Positions 1 to 9,339 of a DNA stretch of 64,000 bases are shown here, piece after piece. A program made the translations under genes and the position numbers. The stretch is taken from IMG/VR virus record IMGVR_UViG_3300047476_000982, positions 64,001-128,000 of that record, one strand, 5' to 3'. Positions within the stretch are counted from its first letter, which is position 1. Each line of letters opens with the position of its first letter. The notes below the pieces were generated by a model, which did no database searches, was not told the origin of the DNA, and was given only the letters and a program-made list of their open reading frames with translations. The stretch is from a virus.

Positions 1-1517
1 TGATTATTAGCATTATAACTAATACTGTTATCTTGAGTTCTAGTAAAACTATTTAATGCTGCATAAGTTAAATTTTCTGCTGTCTTTCTATATCTAAGAC
101 TTGTTTCTCTTAAATACATTGCGATAGCAAAAGACATAACTAAGTCATCATTATAACTCTGCATTGCTTGTGCTTTACCATTTTTCCAAATAAAGACTCT
201 TAACTCTTCTAAAAGTCTTATTGACTTTATGTTTGCTAATTTAGTCTCTACAAAGTCTCTCATCTTTTCTATAACCAAAGGCCTAGTTTTTTCTGTTGTA
301 CTAAAGCCAGGAACTAAACCAGTTTGAGTATTAAATCTATCTACATACTTAGTAAAGTCCATGTTTTGATCTTGCTTATAACTATAATGTACATTGTTAT
401 AACCCCTCTCTAATACTGTTTGAATTACATCCCAACCTATATTAGCATTCTCAATTACAACTAGTGCATTATTATATTCAGATGCAACACTTAATATTAT
501 ATTAGCATAATCTCTAGTATCTATTTGTGACTTATACTCTGCTACTTGAGTTACAGATTCTATATCTATAACATGAAAAGAAGAGTAGTCTTTACCATCA
601 CCACGTGCAACGTCAGCAACCAAGGCATAGTATTTCATTGGATCGGGATATTCCCATAACCATAATGCTTTATCTAAACCACGCCTTTCTATTGGTTCTG
701 AGATCATATTCTGCTCATACCAATTCAATATATCTGGTTCTATAACTGTATTACCTGACGTGGCGAAATCACAATCACACTCTTGAGCAGCATTACGCTT
801 ACCTAATATTGTATCTTGCTCGTCTCTCCAATCTTGATTACGTTCAGGGTGAACTGTCCAAGGAAGAGAGATTGGTAAAAACCTGTTCTTTTCTTCTTGG
901 GCAGACGTATATGTTTTATGAAACCAATTACCTACACCATTAGGAGTAGATAAAGCTATACAACCACCACCTGTTGCCAATGTTTGTTGAGCAGCAGTAA
1001 ATATTTCTTCAATACGATCAATGAACGCAGCCTCATCTATAACTAGTAGAGATACAGCTTCAGAACGGCCAGCATCACCAGCGGCAGATACTGCTTTTAC
1101 TTGAGAACCATTTACTAATTTTAGACTAAGTCTATTATCTTCAGCTGTTCCTATTTTAAGCCAACTTGGTAAGTTTTGGTAAGCAAATCTTACTTTAGTT
1201 ACCATATTCTTGGCAGTATCTTGCTTAGTAGCAATAACAAGAACGTTTTTATCTTTATTAAAGAGCATTAACCATAATGAGTAAGCAGATACTAAGGTAG
1301 ATATACCTAACTGTCTTGACTTATTTATGATTGAATAGTCATGTTTCTGAAACAGTTTAAGAACCTTTTCTTGAAACGGATAAAGATTAAAAAATTGTCT
1401 ACCTCTTTGCGGGTGCTGGATCATATAGTACTTCTTCATGAAGTATACAGGATCTGTCGCGCATTTGACAAACTCTTCTTTAATCTTTTCTTTTATCGAT
1501 ATCTGGTTATCAGACAT
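1..1517 (-). CDS. terL: Terminase large subunit, T4 gp17-like (3' end beyond window edge; absent from ORF track)
   Basis: Manual translation from ATG at 1517: MSDNQISIKEKIKEEFVKCATDPVYF...KSRQLGIST (Walker A), LLVIDEAAFI (Walker B), ALSTPNG motif, and nuclease-domain YALVADVARGDGKDYSSFHVID; the segments translated near both ends are in the same frame, which stays open at position 1. Confidence 0.93.
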   Translation of the reverse strand, partial: MSDNQISIKEKIKEEFVKCATDPVYFMKKYYMIQHPQRGRQFFNLYPFQEKVLKLFQKHDYSIINKSRQLGISTLVSAYSLWLMLFNKDKNVLVIATKQDTAKNMVTKVRFAYQNLPSWLKIGTAEDNRLSLKLVNGSQVKAVSAAGDAGRSEAVSLLVIDEAAFIDRIEEIFTAAQQTLATGGGCIALSTPNGVGNWFHKTYTSAQEEKNRFLPISLPWTVHPERNQDWRDEQDTILGKRNAAQECDCDFATSGNTVIEPDILNWYEQNMISEPIERRGLDKALWLWEYPDPMKYYALVADVARGDGKDYSSFHVIDIESVTQVAEYKSQIDTRDYANIILSVASEYNNALVVIENANIGWDVIQTVLERGYNNVHYSYKQDQNMDFTKYVDRFNTQTGLVPGFSTTEKTRPLVIEKMRDFVETKLANIKSIRLLEELRVFIWKNGKAQAMQSYNDDLVMSFAIAMYLRETSLRYRKTAENLTYAALNSFTRTQDNSISYNANN

Positions 1518-2206
1518 TATTTTACAATTAATAAACCTATGATCGCAGCACCTAGTGCTACTTTTTGGAATCTACCAAATTTAAGTTTGCGATCAGCTTT
1601 TTTTACTTCTGTTTTCAAACCGTCAACTTGTATTTTATAGTTGTCAATTTGACTTGATTTATCTTTATCTATTTGAATATAATTAGCTTCTTTATCTCTT
1701 AATTTAACTATAACTTCTTCACGATTCTTAAGAGATTGGTCTAAAGTAACTATAACACTATCTTGTGCTACTACTAACTTTTCATTTGTTTCTCCTTCTT
1801 GAAGATCAACAACAATTGCTTTACTTACTTCTAGAGGAAGTTGGGTAGTATCTTTAGAAACTAAAATATATTCATTAGAATACTTAGCTATAAAAAAACT
1901 ATCTACTTGAGTAGGAGTATATTTTAATGCGTCTTTTGCATCTTTAAGATCTCCTTTTAAATCTAAGACTTTTTCATTTAATTTACCTACTTTAACTACC
2001 AAGTATCCATTATCTTGTTCTAATACACTGATAGCTCCTTCTAAATGAGTATTTTCTATTTGTACAGAATCTATATTATGTTGTAATGAATCAATCTTTT
2101 GTTCAAATGGCTTAGTATCAAATTTAGGTGCTTTATAAATGAATACATACCATACTGCTATTAAAGCTAAAAGGCATATTACTATAATACTAATTGTCTT
2201 CTTCAT
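1517..2206 (-). CDS. Membrane-anchored coiled-coil protein (N- and C-terminal hydrophobic segments)
   Basis: N-terminal MKKTISIIVICLLALIAVWYVFIY, long heptad-rich middle, hydrophobic C-terminus VALGAAIIGLLIVK. Confidence 0.6.
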   Translation of the reverse strand: MKKTISIIVICLLALIAVWYVFIYKAPKFDTKPFEQKIDSLQHNIDSVQIENTHLEGAISVLEQDNGYLVVKVGKLNEKVLDLKGDLKDAKDALKYTPTQVDSFFIAKYSNEYILVSKDTTQLPLEVSKAIVVDLQEGETNEKLVVAQDSVIVTLDQSLKNREEVIVKLRDKEANYIQIDKDKSSQIDNYKIQVDGLKTEVKKADRKLKFGRFQKVALGAAIIGLLIVK

Positions 2207-2540
2207 CTGGATCTAATTTAGGGTTTTCTACTTTATCTATTTGAGCTTTAAGAAGCTTAATTCTATCAGGAATATTTCCAACAGCATTCTTATATCCAGC
2301 TACATCTTTAAGTTTAAGATTACCATCAGGTCCTCTTTCTGTATATTTTGCAAGGATAGTTTTTACTTGTTGTTGAAGATTGGCTAGCTCTTTTTTCTTT
2401 TTGTCTATTGATCTAAAATCCTTTTCAGATTGTTTAAGATCATCTTTTGAAGGTTCTGCCTCCATATCTTCCTCTTCTCTAATTCTAGAAATTATGGTAA
2501 GATTGTTTTCGACTAAATACTTTTCTAAGTTAAATGACAT
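2190..2540 (-). CDS. Hypothetical protein with FNxxKYLxEN N-terminal motif
   Basis: Starts MSFNLEKYLVENN; similar N-termini in the ORFs starting at 36482 and 37894. Confidence 0.6.
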   Translation of the reverse strand: MSFNLEKYLVENNLTIISRIREEEDMEAEPSKDDLKQSEKDFRSIDKKKKELANLQQQVKTILAKYTERGPDGNLKLKDVAGYKNAVGNIPDRIKLLKAQIDKVENPKLDPDEEDN

Positions 2541-2567
2541 GGTCGTACATTTACTTATAAATATTTA

Positions 2568-2813
2568 TCAATCAACAAAATCTTCTTTAGTAGTAGCTTT
2601 CCTTAAAGGTCTAGATAATTCTAACCATCTGTCATAATCGTATTTAACTCCAAACAAATAGTATTCGTCCTGCTTATTATGTCCTTTTCCATAAAGGATG
2701 GCTGGTCCTGTAGCACAGTGAGGTTTTGTAACACCTTTTTCGTCTTCGTAAATGTGAATTGTTGTCCCTTCTATAGTCTTTATTGTTCTATAGATCGTAT
2801 CTTTTTTTGCCAT
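2568..2813 (-). CDS. Hypothetical protein (HxxxGPA...YYLFG motif)
   Basis: KPHCATGPAILY...DEYYLFGVKY resembles a short repeat unit common in large phages. Confidence 0.5.
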   Translation of the reverse strand: MAKKDTIYRTIKTIEGTTIHIYEDEKGVTKPHCATGPAILYGKGHNKQDEYYLFGVKYDYDRWLELSRPLRKATTKEDFVD

Positions 2814-2856
2814 GTTATTAATTTATGGCTAATATACAAAAAATAATTAAGAGATA

Positions 2857-4386
2857 TTAACTAAAGTCTATAGTATCATTTACTGAAATATCATCATCTG
2901 TCAGGGTATCTCCAAATAAAAATTTAGTGAGAGAATAAATTCCATTATCCATAAAATCTTTTACTTTATCAATATAAGATTTAATAGTATCTGTTATTCC
3001 TTCTTTAAGTTTAGTTGGATCTGATATTAAAGATACCACACTCCAAAATCTATATCTTCCAGTTTTTTCTCCTTTTAATTTTTCAGAAGAAGATTTAAAT
3101 CTAACAGTCAATTTCATTTGATCTGCTATTTTTGAAGCATACGCATCATTTTGAGTAGAGTGCAATTTAGGATTAGATAAATCACTACTTACAGATAGTA
3201 CATAATCAGCAGACGCAGGACTACCTGCCCCAAATTTTTCATATCCAGACATTGCTTCTTTTGCAAATGCAATTTTAAATTCAGGACTTTTAGTAAATAA
3301 AGACTCTAACTTTTCAGCCATTTCTTTATGCGCTTTATCACCAGCCGCTAATATCTTGTCTTTTCCTGATTTTAAACCCGCTTCTACTCCTCCAGATTTT
3401 GTATATCCTACCTCAACAAATTTATCAAATGTGTTTAGGACTTCTTTTGCTTCTTTTGTATTTAGTATTCCAGGAACTTTTTTAGCCGCGGCATAAAATG
3501 TTGCTAAAGACTCATTTTTACCTCCTGACATTAATTGAGAATTTCCTACTTTTACTGATATTTTTTTATTTCCTAATATTACATCAGTTTTTGGAGTTGT
3601 ATTAACAGCTCCTTGATTTTTCCAAAAATCGGTTAATGTTGCTTTTTCACCGCTTCTTCCTGTTGCTCTAGCAGATTTACCTGTTTGAAGTTTTAATTCT
3701 ATTATTACATTCTTTGCTTTTTCTAGCATTTTTTTATTAGACTTAAGTTTATCTAATTCTTCTGGTAAAATTGCATCAGGTGGTACTTTTAATCCGTTAA
3801 CTAAATACCAAGCGTATACTAAAGCCGATTCAAAAAGGGTCGCCTCACCTGTATCTGCTTCTTTTAATATAGCTTCTAATATTCTAGATTCTGTTAATTC
3901 TTCTCCTCCGCCTTCTTCTGTACTAGTTTCCGCTGGAGGTGTTGGTCCTGCTTCTTCTGCAGGTCCTTCTGAATCTCTAGTGCCTTGCTCTGCTCCATCT
4001 GGGCCTTTGGTCTTTAAAGGATTACCAAACCTAAGAAGTCTTGATATAGCAACCATACATCTTTCTTTCTCACCAATAGACATTAAATAATACTTCTTTC
4101 CTTCAACAGTTGCTTCATAGGCTTTGCCCATAAACTGCAAGAAAAAGAATTGCCCATTATGTAGAACAATTTTAAATGTAGTCGGCTTAGGAGCAACTAC
4201 ATATATACCAGTAATATATTCTTCAAATGAAGGAGTCATAAGATACTCAAGAGTATTCTTAAGTCCTACATACTTCTTTAATATAAACTGCATAGGATCA
4301 TCCTCAAACGTTGATTGTTCAGGTTCCATCCTATCTAATTCTTGTAAGAGTATTGTTTTTAATATGTCTTGGTTACTCACTGGCAT
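2857..4386 (-). CDS. Two-domain protein; C-terminal putative PD-(D/E)xK (restriction-endonuclease-like) nuclease
   Basis: TPKTDVILGNKKISVK fits a D-x(n)-(D/E/S)xK catalytic pattern; acidic Gly/Pro linker (GPAEEAGPTPPAETSTEEGGG) separates it from a ~130-aa N-terminal module. Confidence 0.5.
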   Translation of the reverse strand: MPVSNQDILKTILLQELDRMEPEQSTFEDDPMQFILKKYVGLKNTLEYLMTPSFEEYITGIYVVAPKPTTFKIVLHNGQFFFLQFMGKAYEATVEGKKYYLMSIGEKERCMVAISRLLRFGNPLKTKGPDGAEQGTRDSEGPAEEAGPTPPAETSTEEGGGEELTESRILEAILKEADTGEATLFESALVYAWYLVNGLKVPPDAILPEELDKLKSNKKMLEKAKNVIIELKLQTGKSARATGRSGEKATLTDFWKNQGAVNTTPKTDVILGNKKISVKVGNSQLMSGGKNESLATFYAAAKKVPGILNTKEAKEVLNTFDKFVEVGYTKSGGVEAGLKSGKDKILAAGDKAHKEMAEKLESLFTKSPEFKIAFAKEAMSGYEKFGAGSPASADYVLSVSSDLSNPKLHSTQNDAYASKIADQMKLTVRFKSSSEKLKGEKTGRYRFWSVVSLISDPTKLKEGITDTIKSYIDKVKDFMDNGIYSLTKFLFGDTLTDDDISVNDTIDFS

Positions 4387-4389
4387 TAT

Positions 4390-5061
4390 TTATTTTGCTT
4401 TTTTAAGCTTTATAACACTTTCCATCATAGATTTAAGAGACGTTTCGTTAATCTTTTTTGGAATAGGTAATACATCAAGATCTTTAGCAAGCTCCTTAGC
4501 TTTATCTTGATCTTTTGCACTTAACTTATTATAAGAGGTAATAAGTTGAGATTTGGTGATGTTTTCTTTTTTATATAGCTGTAAATTTTTAGAAAAATCT
4601 TTAAGACTAATAGACTTGACTTCCATCATAGATTGAAGTTTCATATCTAAATCTTCTGCATCGCCTGCAGGTTCTTCAATTGTACCGTTTGGTAATTCAT
4701 CCATATCATGTTCACTATTATGATATTCATGGTAGTTTTTTGAAGCTTGATTAATAAAGTTCTCTGCATTAGTAATGTGATCTTGGATCCAAGCTGGGAT
4801 GTCTTTTTCATCTTGGCCTAACATATTCATTAATTGACTTGCTGAGCTTATAATAGACTTAAGACTATTTTGTGCCATTGATACTTCATGGTCTTCACCT
4901 TCTTTTTTTACATCTTTTTTTGCACGAAGTGCAGCAAAGTCTGCACCAGTAATTTTGTCTTTAGGTTCAGCAGCTTGTGCTATTTTTTCTTGATTTCCAG
5001 GAAGATCTTTTTCGTTCAACTCTTTCATTAAAAGAGCTTTAAAGAATGAAATACTATTCAT
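4390..5061 (-). CDS. Hypothetical, probable head-associated protein
   Basis: ORF in packed operon; EDHEVSMA...PAWIQDHITNAENFI module; many LxE-type junctions. Confidence 0.5.
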   Translation of the reverse strand: MNSISFFKALLMKELNEKDLPGNQEKIAQAAEPKDKITGADFAALRAKKDVKKEGEDHEVSMAQNSLKSIISSASQLMNMLGQDEKDIPAWIQDHITNAENFINQASKNYHEYHNSEHDMDELPNGTIEEPAGDAEDLDMKLQSMMEVKSISLKDFSKNLQLYKKENITKSQLITSYNKLSAKDQDKAKELAKDLDVLPIPKKINETSLKSMMESVIKLKKAK

Positions 5062-5224
5062 TTGTATTATTTTGTCTTTGTTTACATTTATTACATTTAC
5101 AACCTTTATGTATATAAATATTATATCTTAATTTTAACCAACTATAAACACCAGCTAATCCTAATGCACCAGAAATCCATGCTAATGCATTTAATATCAT
5201 AGCAGTCCAACAGGCTGGGCACAT
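5054..5224 (-). CDS. Small Cys-containing membrane protein (56 aa; below ORF-track cutoff)
   Basis: Manual translation MCPACWTAMILNALAWISGALGLAGVYSWLKLRYNIYIHKGCKCNKCKQRQNNTNE*; fills the gap, start overlaps the upstream stop (TAATG). Confidence 0.6.
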   Translation of the reverse strand: MCPACWTAMILNALAWISGALGLAGVYSWLKLRYNIYIHKGCKCNKCKQRQNNTNE

Positions 5225-5511
5225 TACTTTTTCTTTTTAGATTTACTTGCTTTTTTCCATAACTTTTTATCTACTTTTCTTGCTCCACCTTTACCTGTTA
5301 CAAATGAATTAACTCTACCCATTGCCCATTGATGCTGTCCAACTCCAGGGCGATGTCCTGTTTTCCAAGCCGCTAAACCTTTAGCATAAACGCTTTTAAG
5401 TATAGTTTTAGATATACCAGTAGACTTGGCTTTATTTGCTAATGCTTTTTCTACTTCAGCATCGTACTCAAGCATGAGTATTTGCTTTAATATATCTAAT
5501 TTATTTATCAT
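5224..5511 (-). CDS. Basic protein, DUF5824-like
   Basis: ALANKAKSTGIS..ILKSVY.KGLAAW.TGHRPG..QHQWAMGRVNSF motif recognised from memory of this family. Confidence 0.55.
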   Translation of the reverse strand: MINKLDILKQILMLEYDAEVEKALANKAKSTGISKTILKSVYAKGLAAWKTGHRPGVGQHQWAMGRVNSFVTGKGGARKVDKKLWKKASKSKKKK

Positions 5512-5783
5512 TTCTTTTTCTTTTTATCTAGTTTGTTTTTAACTATTTCTCTAGTTCTATCCATTTTCCTTGCATAAGCAGGATCGTCTTTACGGTTAAA
5601 ATTTGCTTGTTGGTTTAATGAGCCAGTTATTTTACTCATGTTACCTTTTCTTGTTTTAATTAACCAATTAGCTAACTTTTCTGCTGGCAACTCTTTAAAC
5701 CTACCTTTTGCATCTGGTGCGTTTGAATGGTGAAACTTTAATCTTTCTTCAACTAATTGTTGTAATAGTTTTTGTAGCTTCAT
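5508..5783 (-). CDS. Small basic hypothetical protein
   Basis: Packed ORF, Lys/Arg-rich. Confidence 0.55.
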   Translation of the reverse strand: MKLQKLLQQLVEERLKFHHSNAPDAKGRFKELPAEKLANWLIKTRKGNMSKITGSLNQQANFNRKDDPAYARKMDRTREIVKNKLDKKKKK

Positions 5784-6313
5784 TATTTTTCTTTTTTACC
5801 AAACCTTTTTTCATACGCAGAAGTTGCAGCACTTTTCTTAGTTTTATATTTTTTAGTCTTAGCCTTATCTGAATAATCTGCATCCCATTTACCATACGCA
5901 GAAGGATCATCAGACTTTAATTTCTTTACTCTATCAATTTCTTTCTTCATTGCTGCTGCATCTTTAGTAAGATATGCAGGATTAACTTTACCTTTCTTTT
6001 TTGCTTCACTTACTCTAACACAATTAGGAACCATTCTGTTCCCTTTCTTTTTTAATCCTTTTTGTCTGTATCCTTTCCAACAAGCTTCTTCTAAAGGATT
6101 TAAATCTAATTCTCTTCTTATTAAATCAAACTCTTCATATTCCATCCCTAAAAGTTCCTCTTGTACATCTTCTTTAGATCTTAGTTTGTGATAAGGGAAT
6201 ACTACTTTAGATACTAATTCAGGATTTTGATCATATAAATCTAGAATAGGTTGTATTGTCATTACTCCCATTTCTGAGATAACTTCATTCAATATATCTT
6301 TAAGCTTGATCAT
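5783..6313 (-). CDS. Modular basic protein containing the CWKGY...VPNC module
   Basis: MIKLKDILNE start; ACWKGYRQKGLKKKGNRMVPNCV module recurrent in large T4-like phages. Confidence 0.6.
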   Translation of the reverse strand: MIKLKDILNEVISEMGVMTIQPILDLYDQNPELVSKVVFPYHKLRSKEDVQEELLGMEYEEFDLIRRELDLNPLEEACWKGYRQKGLKKKGNRMVPNCVRVSEAKKKGKVNPAYLTKDAAAMKKEIDRVKKLKSDDPSAYGKWDADYSDKAKTKKYKTKKSAATSAYEKRFGKKEK

Positions 6314-6627
6314 TTATTTCTAATTATTAGTTCACCTAATACTTCTAGTCTACCAACCTCTCTTTGAAATTCTGTTTGAGTCATATTCAAAGATATGCTT
6401 TTATACGTTTTATCATATTCTTTTTTAGCTTCTTCTATATTAAACTCACCTTGTTTAGCTTTCTTATAATAAGGAAGCTTAACTATAAAGTGGTTATAAG
6501 TAAGCATAGATAGGCCGCCTTTTTCCTTTGCGTTGTTTGCAATCTTCTCAGCACCCTTCATTCTTGTTTCTGCAAAATCTATGAAAGACTCTTTAATTTC
6601 CTTTAAAATATCTAGAAGCTTTGTCAT
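6310..6627 (-). CDS. Hypothetical protein (MTKLLDILKE start)
   Basis: Packed ORF; N-terminal motif shared with neighbours. Confidence 0.55.
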   Translation of the reverse strand: MTKLLDILKEIKESFIDFAETRMKGAEKIANNAKEKGGLSMLTYNHFIVKLPYYKKAKQGEFNIEEAKKEYDKTYKSISLNMTQTEFQREVGRLEVLGELIIRNK

Positions 6628-6642
6628 ATGAATATAAATATC

Positions 6643-7263
6643 TTAATTTCCACTTTGATTTATATCATAGTAATAGGAGTCTGAGTCTTCGGATACCCAC
6701 CTATCAGAAACAGATTCTACATTTAATAGTTCCGTATCTACTTTAATCATTTTTGGATCAATAGGAAAGTCTTTTGTTATCCAGTTAGAATCCTTCCAGT
6801 ATATCCTATTATTAGGCATACAAAGTAAATAACCATCATCTGCTACTAAAATATGGCCGCATTTGTAGTCTGATGGTTCATTTGAATAAGTATTATTCTG
6901 CCAATCTATGGTCATTAAGTATGTAGCCCAGACCGTAGTTTTATCTCTAAGAATAACTTTGCATCTTTTGTCTTTTAGGAAGTCATATTTTATAACTGCG
7001 GCATCTGAACCAAAACAATCCCATAATTGTTTAAAATAGTAAGGTATATCTTTAGTGGGAGGTTTTAAATATATTTCAGACATAGGAACTCTAGATCTAA
7101 GCATCCCGTAGTCTGTCATTACATGGAAAGTTAGTATCTTAGCATCTACAGATTGAACTCCAAAGGCGTAACAATTATGAAATATATTATCGTCTTTTTT
7201 GTCTTTTGTAAAATAAGATTGTCTAACTAAACACTTAAAAGATTCTATATTATAATTTAGCAT
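6643..7263 (-). CDS. Conserved phage hypothetical protein
   Basis: Aromatic-rich ORF, WDCF...YLMTIDW...YKCGH...PNNRIYW motifs typical of a T4-like phage conserved protein. Confidence 0.55.
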   Translation of the reverse strand: MLNYNIESFKCLVRQSYFTKDKKDDNIFHNCYAFGVQSVDAKILTFHVMTDYGMLRSRVPMSEIYLKPPTKDIPYYFKQLWDCFGSDAAVIKYDFLKDKRCKVILRDKTTVWATYLMTIDWQNNTYSNEPSDYKCGHILVADDGYLLCMPNNRIYWKDSNWITKDFPIDPKMIKVDTELLNVESVSDRWVSEDSDSYYYDINQSGN

Positions 7264-7270
7264 AATTCAT

Positions 7271-7735
7271 TTACCACTTCCTACATGACCAATATCTTGC
7301 TTTCCATCTTGGTCCAGGATTAGTATCACAATGATGTCTTGCTCTAAAACTTTTTCTTCTTTTAGGATTACCTTTTTTTATTTTTACTCCTTTCTGGCCA
7401 AAGTTTACTTTAACAACGTTTCCTTTAGCATTCTTAACATACACCTTAAACTTTTTAACATCACCAGCCATTGGTTTTCCTAATTGCACTTTTCTACCTT
7501 TATATTCTGCTTCATGAAGTATATTAATATGATCTTTTATATATTGCGCTAAACATTGAGGACAAAATTCTCCTTCATTTAGTTCTTCAAGTCCTGCTTT
7601 AATTAATTTATCATAGTATTTAGGATCTTCTTTAATATGATCTAAAGCTATTTTTAAAGCTATTTTAGGATCATCAGTATGCTCCATTTCAACTTCAATA
7701 CCTTTTTTTATTTGAGATAATAAAGCTTTATCCAT
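7271..7735 (-). CDS. DUF5661-like domain fused to a basic Cys/His module
   Basis: GIEVEMEHTDDPKIALKIALDHIKEDPKYYDKL followed by KKFKVYV...VNFG...RRKSFRARHHC...ARYWSCRKW. Confidence 0.6.
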   Translation of the reverse strand: MDKALLSQIKKGIEVEMEHTDDPKIALKIALDHIKEDPKYYDKLIKAGLEELNEGEFCPQCLAQYIKDHINILHEAEYKGRKVQLGKPMAGDVKKFKVYVKNAKGNVVKVNFGQKGVKIKKGNPKRRKSFRARHHCDTNPGPRWKARYWSCRKW

Positions 7736-8106
7736 TACTGTAAGAATTTAAGTTTATACTTAGTATCTTCTATTAGTTTAACTACAGTATCAACTTCATT
7801 TTGAATATAAGAATCTTGAGGAATATCTTGCCTAATCATTTCTACAAACTTAGAAAGTCCTTCAAAATACATTTTAGGATTATTATCTTCACGAATAGCT
7901 TCAGGCATTTTATAACCTGTTATAATCCCATAACGACCTTGCAATCCTTCTGCAATTCCATCTATTAAAGGTACTATATCTTCATAGTATTCTTGTAAAG
8001 CTTTATGAGCCGCAAAAGAGCCTGGGCCTTGGATTTGTAAATGATAAATGTGAGCCTGATTTCTAGACTGCATTAATGTTCCAAGAAATAAACCTAAAGC
8101 CTCCAT
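7735..8106 (-). CDS. Ferritin/Dps-like protein (DUF5856-like)
   Basis: AHIYHLQ...FAAHKALQEYYE...DGIAEGLQGRYG four-helix metal-binding pattern. Confidence 0.7.
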   Translation of the reverse strand: MEALGLFLGTLMQSRNQAHIYHLQIQGPGSFAAHKALQEYYEDIVPLIDGIAEGLQGRYGIITGYKMPEAIREDNNPKMYFEGLSKFVEMIRQDIPQDSYIQNEVDTVVKLIEDTKYKLKFLQ

Positions 8107-8744
8107 TATTTTTCTTTTTTCTCTTCTTTCTTGTCTTCTACTTTCTCAACATTCTTTTTGCTCTTCTCAATCTTTTCCATCTTACTCATAAGATCATCTA
8201 TTTGTGTAGCAATCTTGGCAATATGTTCTTTGTGTTTAGAAGCATTTTTAGGATCTTCTTTAGCCATATCAACGTGCTCTTTACGCTTTTTTTCAAGATG
8301 ATCGATAGTCTTTTTTAATTTGTCTCCAACTTTTCCTTTCTTTTCTTCAAGTTGTAAAGCTTCATCCATACAAGACTTATAAGCTTCAGCAGCAATTGCT
8401 TGTGCTTCTTCAGCATTTACATGTACAGAATGCACATCTTCCATACCTATATTTAAAGGTTGAATTCCTTCAAGTGGATTTAATTCTAATACTAAATCTG
8501 ATTCATTCATATCTGCATTAGGTTTGCGTACTATATACATAGAGGCTACTCCCATATTTTCTTTCTTAACTTTTTTAGGAAGGCCTTTATGTTTAGTTGC
8601 AGCGAAGTCTTTTACATCGCCTTTTTTCATTGATTTAGCCATTTCTTTTGCTTTTCCTGATGCTTGTGAAGGTTTTATATCTCCTTTTTGAAGGGCATGA
8701 ACTATACCCATTAATTTTTGTTGTTGTTTAGATGCTGCTGGCAT
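8106..8744 (-). CDS. Hypothetical protein (MPAxSKxQQ N-terminal module)
   Basis: MPAASKQQQKLMGIVHALQKG...VKDFAATKHKGLPKKV module, then charged coiled coil. Confidence 0.55.
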   Translation of the reverse strand: MPAASKQQQKLMGIVHALQKGDIKPSQASGKAKEMAKSMKKGDVKDFAATKHKGLPKKVKKENMGVASMYIVRKPNADMNESDLVLELNPLEGIQPLNIGMEDVHSVHVNAEEAQAIAAEAYKSCMDEALQLEEKKGKVGDKLKKTIDHLEKKRKEHVDMAKEDPKNASKHKEHIAKIATQIDDLMSKMEKIEKSKKNVEKVEDKKEEKKEK

Positions 8745-8758
8745 ACTATATAGATTTA

Positions 8759-9337
8759 CTAATAAATATCTGTTTTCCTAAACTCCTCTATCTTTTCTTT
8801 AAGCTGTTTATATAACTGAGATTTGTCTCCACCATGCCAATTTTCTACATCTCCTTGTTCAGTTACAAATGTGTCTTTTTCCTCAAGCCATGAATCCAAG
8901 GCCTGTTCAAATTCTTCAAGACTAGCATTCTTATTCATATTAAGAATATTCTTCTCATATTCCTCATACTTTCCTTCAAGCTTTAGTTTAGCCTCCATAT
9001 CAACAACACAGTTCAAACACATTTTATGTACAGAGTACATCTTCTTATTTAATTCATTTGCCTTCATAGGCTTCTTACAACTAGGACACGTAAGAGGTAA
9101 AGATACTAAGTGTTTGAATTTATCTAGCTTGGTAATAGATTGTTTTATACCATTCTTAATGGTCCACTTCTTTCCATCCTCTTCCCAAGTATCACCCTCT
9201 TTGTGCTCCTCTATTTTATTTTCCCAACCTCCGAGTATTTGAGTTTTATCACCAGTTTTACCAGTGATAATGTTTCTCATTCTTTGAACGTCTTTTTGTT
9301 TGAATTCTTTTTTTAGAGTAGAATCTTTTGGTAACAT
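8759..9337 (-). CDS. Hypothetical protein with Zn-ribbon
   Basis: CPSC...CLNC motifs. Confidence 0.55.
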   Translation of the reverse strand: MLPKDSTLKKEFKQKDVQRMRNIITGKTGDKTQILGGWENKIEEHKEGDTWEEDGKKWTIKNGIKQSITKLDKFKHLVSLPLTCPSCKKPMKANELNKKMYSVHKMCLNCVVDMEAKLKLEGKYEEYEKNILNMNKNASLEEFEQALDSWLEEKDTFVTEQGDVENWHGGDKSQLYKQLKEKIEEFRKTDIY

Positions 9338-9339
9338 AA

